A program made the translations under genes and the position numbers. A model generated the notes under the pieces. The model was not told the origin of the DNA. It ran no database searches and saw only the letters and a list, made by a program, of their open reading frames with translations. Below are positions 59,521 to 64,000 of a stretch of 64,000 bases of DNA, piece after piece (within the stretch, counting starts at the first letter, position 1; the number at the start of each line of letters is the position of its first letter). Source of the stretch: Tubulanus polymorphus. Its lineage: Eukaryota; Animalia; Nemertea. Location of the stretch: positions 2,790,072 to 2,854,071 of the forward strand of contig NC_134034.1 of the NCBI RefSeq assembly GCF_964204645.1, read 5' to 3'.

Positions 59521-62124
59521 TTTTCCGTCTGTCACTGATCACCAAATAGACGACAGTGATAACGTGTACAAGGATACAATGAATGTGTACAATGAAATAT
59601 GAAATATGAAAAATCAATCTATCTAAGCAAACTTCCTTCTTTTTATTATCTTTTTATCGTTTTTAGACCCTATTTCATTTTTATGTTTTCAAATAATGAC
59701 AAGTCAAGGTCGAATATCGAGACTAAAGCTTCCTGCTTGTTTGATGGCTTTCGTCATCAAGGCACCGGGAATTTTTTAAATGTAGTTATCAATATTTTCC
59801 AATACTGGGAGTTTAGTATCTCGGTAATGCAATTCGGGTGTGCATTACGTCATCAATAAAGAGTTTCAAGATAATAATTACATTTGTGAATTTTGGGGTC
59901 ATCTTTGTAACGAAATATATTTCATGACTCTCATTTTCTATTAAAAATAGTCTTTTTTGATGATTAATTTTGTGAACTAAATTATCAAAATTAGGCTATC
60001 CTGGTTAGACAGGTTGCCGGCCAATTCAATTCAATTGTCGATGTATTCAAATTCAGAATAAGTCTATAACATCGAATCATCCAATGTTTATGAGTTATGT
60101 TTCTACTACAAGGCGTCACTTTCAAGTTAGTTTTCTTTTTATTAGATATGACCAATAGTCGAGTTACGGCAGCTTGCGCGATCACTGCGGGGTCCAGGCG
60201 GCGACCATGAAAACGCTTTGTACGGGAGAAAACTACAAAACAATTATTGTGTATAGTCTTCGGGAGGTTAACCTCCCGAAATAGAAATAAACAGCGCCTC
60301 AAAAAAACATCAACGAATTCGGCCTAATGTTCATTCGTAAATCAGATAATGAAGTAACGTAGTTATTTGTCCAACGTTATTGAACTTATTTAGAAACGAT
60401 CGTAGGTTTTTATCGGATTTCTGCGAACGAGTAAATTCTGAAATATACAGTCGTTTCTAAATAACTTGATGAGTTTAGTAGAATTTTATCGAACGGGTTT
60501 TTCACTAAAACCACAATGGAGAATGTACATCGTTGTTTTAGTTCGATGACGACATGAAAATGCTGCTGTGGCAGTCGATGATTCTTCCCGTGCGATAGAG
60601 AATCCGAAGTCTAAATTTTGTAATTTTCTAATTGAATGACAAAATATAAATGTTATTAATCTCTTGATTTTAGAATCTGTTACGGAATTGCAAAATCTTG
60701 AATCCGCCCTTGCAATCTGGAACTAATTAAAACCAGTTTAAGCTCATTTTGGTTTTATAACCTATCTTACAACTTAAGACCAGTTTAAGCTCATTTTAGT
60801 TCCGCAACCAATCTAACAACTTAGACCAGTCTAAGCTCATTTTGGTTCTATATCCAATCTAGAACAGACCGGTAGCCAGCCATATCTTTGGGGAGGGGGT
60901 CTAGGGGTACTCGTGTAGAACATTCCACTAACAACTAACAACAGCATATTTGAGGTGCAAATTTTACTGCTTTTTCCTGTGCAATTTGGCCGCAAAAATT
61001 CTCGACATAGAAATAGAAAAATTTAGGCAGTGAATTAAGAAAATTCTCGGCAGAGGTTTAGAATGAAATCAGCATTGAGATATAAATTCAACATATTAGG
61101 CTTTGATCAACATATAGTTCAAAACAAGTCAACATGAATATGAATAGAAACTCGAGATAGTAAGTAAGTAAAGTTTATTCTGACCTTGAAGAAATAGGTA
61201 CAAGAATTCTATAAAGATACGTTACGTCATGCAGCATACACACTAATTTACACTTTTTAGATTTGTCGTTTTACTTTAATTTAAGAAAACAGGAGTTCCT
61301 AAGGCACTCTTCCTATGAAAAGTCTAAATTAAAAATAAAAAAGGAGATGCTTATAACAATAACTAGTATCTTGGAGCACATCCAAGCTAACATTGTGTAC
61401 TGTGGGCACTAGCCCAGTTGACTAACAAAATATACTAAACTAAATAACTAAATAACTAAATTCATTGTCAAAGGTAATAAACATTTATCATCAAAAATCC
61501 ACAGAAATATGCTAGCTGTTGGCATCGATATTCATAGCCTGATTGAATTTTTGAATTTTTGGAATGTTCCTCACACGGCGCACGGGGTTTTCCGTTTCGG
61601 TCGTTGTCATAGATACAGCATCGCACGAGAGCGCACACGCCACCGCACGGCACACGCTGCACACAGTCTCCCTACATTATCCATCACACTGTGATACATA
61701 GCTGCAGGCGCTATAGACTCCTTCACTACTACACGGCCATATTGGTTGCATCTTCTCAACACACTCGCTCATATCTCCCATACGCAAAATGTCGTGATTA
61801 ACTACATGGAATATAGGATAGACGGGCTCCAAGACAATGTCGCAGTTCAGGGGAATTTTAATTCTATGGTTTGGGGTCGGGTTGCTGTATTCTAGGAGCG
61901 TCGTCGGCACCGTAAGAACTAATAAACAATTTAGCGGCTTTTTCGGTAAGTGATTTTATATACATACACGCCATATGTTATGTGCGTAAAATCGATGTAT
62001 GATATCTATTTTGGAATATCGATCACTCTAGTGAAACTAAAGGTTGACGTCACTTAAGACCCTATTAATTCGTATTGATCATTTTAGTGTGTTATGAATA
62101 TTAATGATTAGATGTATATAAGCG

Positions 62125-62487
62125 TTTTTAATTTGACTCGGGATTCAGTTCCACAGTTGTGTAGGTTTAATCTGACTCTGGATCCAGTTCCACAGTTGTG
62201 TGGGTTTAATTTGACTGTGGATCCAGTTCCATGGCTGTGTGGGGAAAAATTTGACTCAGAATATAGTTATTTCCACAGTTGTGTGGGTTTATATTGACTC
62301 TGATTTCAGTTCCACAGTTGCGTGGGTTTAATTTGTTTCTGAATCCAGTTCCACAGTTGTGTGGGTTTAATTTGACTGAACCCAGTTCCACAGTTGTGTG
62401 GGTTTAATTCGTTTCTGGATCCAGTTCCACAGTTGTGTAGGTTTAATTTTGATTCAGAATGCAGTTCGACAGTTGTGTGGGTTTCTA
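62125..62487. repeat. ~39-bp tandem repeat (GATCCAGTTCCACAGTTGTGTGGGTTTAATTTGACT)
   Basis: About 9 units; single or few units also at ~19628-19700, ~33930-34000, ~40200-40300 and ~44090-44195. Confidence 0.93.
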
Positions 62488-64000
62488 ATCTGTAGATCCT
62501 GTTTATCAATGAAATGTCTCGGTATTGGTAGGCCTAGTGTCAGTTGGCATTGTATCCTGGTTTCGGCTAGAGATACTCTGAATGATTGTGACCCCTTGAA
62601 TTAGTCAGTAACCTGTCTGTGGTTTAGTTGATATAAGTTGGTATAAAAAGCCATTTGGGGAAATGAAAATATCTAAACATTGGAAAGAATGTGAAAATTA
62701 TTCGTTTTATAAAAATTAGCTGGATCCATACCTGGTATTGTTGTTCCTGACAATATTTAGTCGAAATATCGAATTTATAAATATACGAGTTCAAGGAAAC
62801 ATTTCTGACTCTTTTTATTTGTAGTGTGTGATATCATTAAGCTAACACAGCTGGGGCCAAAAATCCTACTTATCTTAAACTAGGACATATTCAATGCAGT
62901 CTAAATGTCCATATCTTATGTATCTTGATTTGTTCAATAACAGTGAGCTAATCCCACCCCTAATATTCAGATAAGGTGTTAGGTGGGCCACCTCCCTGTT
63001 TTGACGGACCTTTGCTGGTGGTAAATCGAACACTAATACCTGACACACTCCTGTGGTGGCTTTAGTCAATTAACACCTGTCAGTAATTAACACTTTTGGA
63101 CACCTGCTATATGCAGGGTATATAGTTGAGACCGGGTCCATGTGATCACTCAAATATTTTCGGCCGTGCCGGATCGGGCCCGGTTTTTAACTACAGATTC
63201 TCTAAAGAACAAAAATGGGTGGGCGAAGAAATAAAAAAGTTTCGAACAGGCGTTTCAGAATGGCGGGGAGTAGAAAAATAATCAGAAATCAATTATGTTT
63301 TTATTATTCGAGTGAAAAGGTGTGCGAAAATTGTGATAAATTTGATTCCAATAATGGGAGAAATTTCAGGGTCCCTACGACTCCTTGATTACTCAAAAAC
63401 TCCTTCTAAATAACAGAAAATGCTTTAAAGCAGCTTGAAACTCTTTGAATTCGAGCAAAATGCCAAAAACTCCTTCAATTATGAGGATTAGGCAATTAGA
63501 GATTTTTGTCTGGATTGTAGACTACGCCTAAATCGGTACAGTTGAGACCTGGATTTTTTTTCTACCCAATTGGGCGGTTACTGAATTAGAAACTAAATTT
63601 AGGTAACGTAAAGGATCAAGATTTGCTTACGGAACCACTGAATTTTGCGGTTTACCGAGATAAACAGTACCGATTTAGGAGGAGTCTATAGTAAGTAGGA
63701 TATGAAATTTGAAATTTAGCGAATCCTCGAAAACTCCTCAAATCAAGGAATGACCGATCGGTCGGCACTCCGATTGAAGAAAATTAACTTTTCACAAATC
63801 GCTTCATCGAAAGGCGTGGACATATACAAAAAAGAAAAAATTATTGAGGCTAAAAAAAATTGATACCTTGTTTCTCCGCTCTGCTGAGCTTAAATGTTGA
63901 CCCGGCCGGCCGCCTATCTACCTTATACATTACTTTTTTTTAAATCGTGATTTAAATATCCCATATCCTAGAAATGAACTGTTTATAAATTTTATCATAT

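Overview
This is eukaryotic (animal, invertebrate) genomic DNA, with GT-AG introns, little CpG depletion and many MITEs and minisatellites. A toxin-secreting marine lophotrochozoan such as a nemertean is my guess, not something the sequence proves. Genes in order: a secreted multi-knottin (ICK) peptide gene with a third knottin domain hidden behind an in-frame TAG (797-1285); a C2H2 zinc-finger factor with an intronless CDS (minus, 8388-11861); an 18-exon ZAK/MAP3K20 alpha-type kinase (18442-28248); a tandem array of small spliced prepro-peptide genes that the ORF track misses (33.5-47.3 kb); and a two-exon Toll-like receptor (minus, 56472-59520). The array encodes a 35-aa six-cysteine CxC-x15-CC-x6-CC toxin/defensin-like peptide and comprises three intact genes, one orphan mature exon and one deleted, diverged copy. 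Mobile DNA includes a hairpin-ended Polinton/Maverick-like non-autonomous element with a 6-bp TSD. An APE+RT LINE carries two Penelope-like insertions whose terminal repeats contain minimal hammerhead ribozymes, and there are several MITE families. All gene models were spliced by hand from the sequence.
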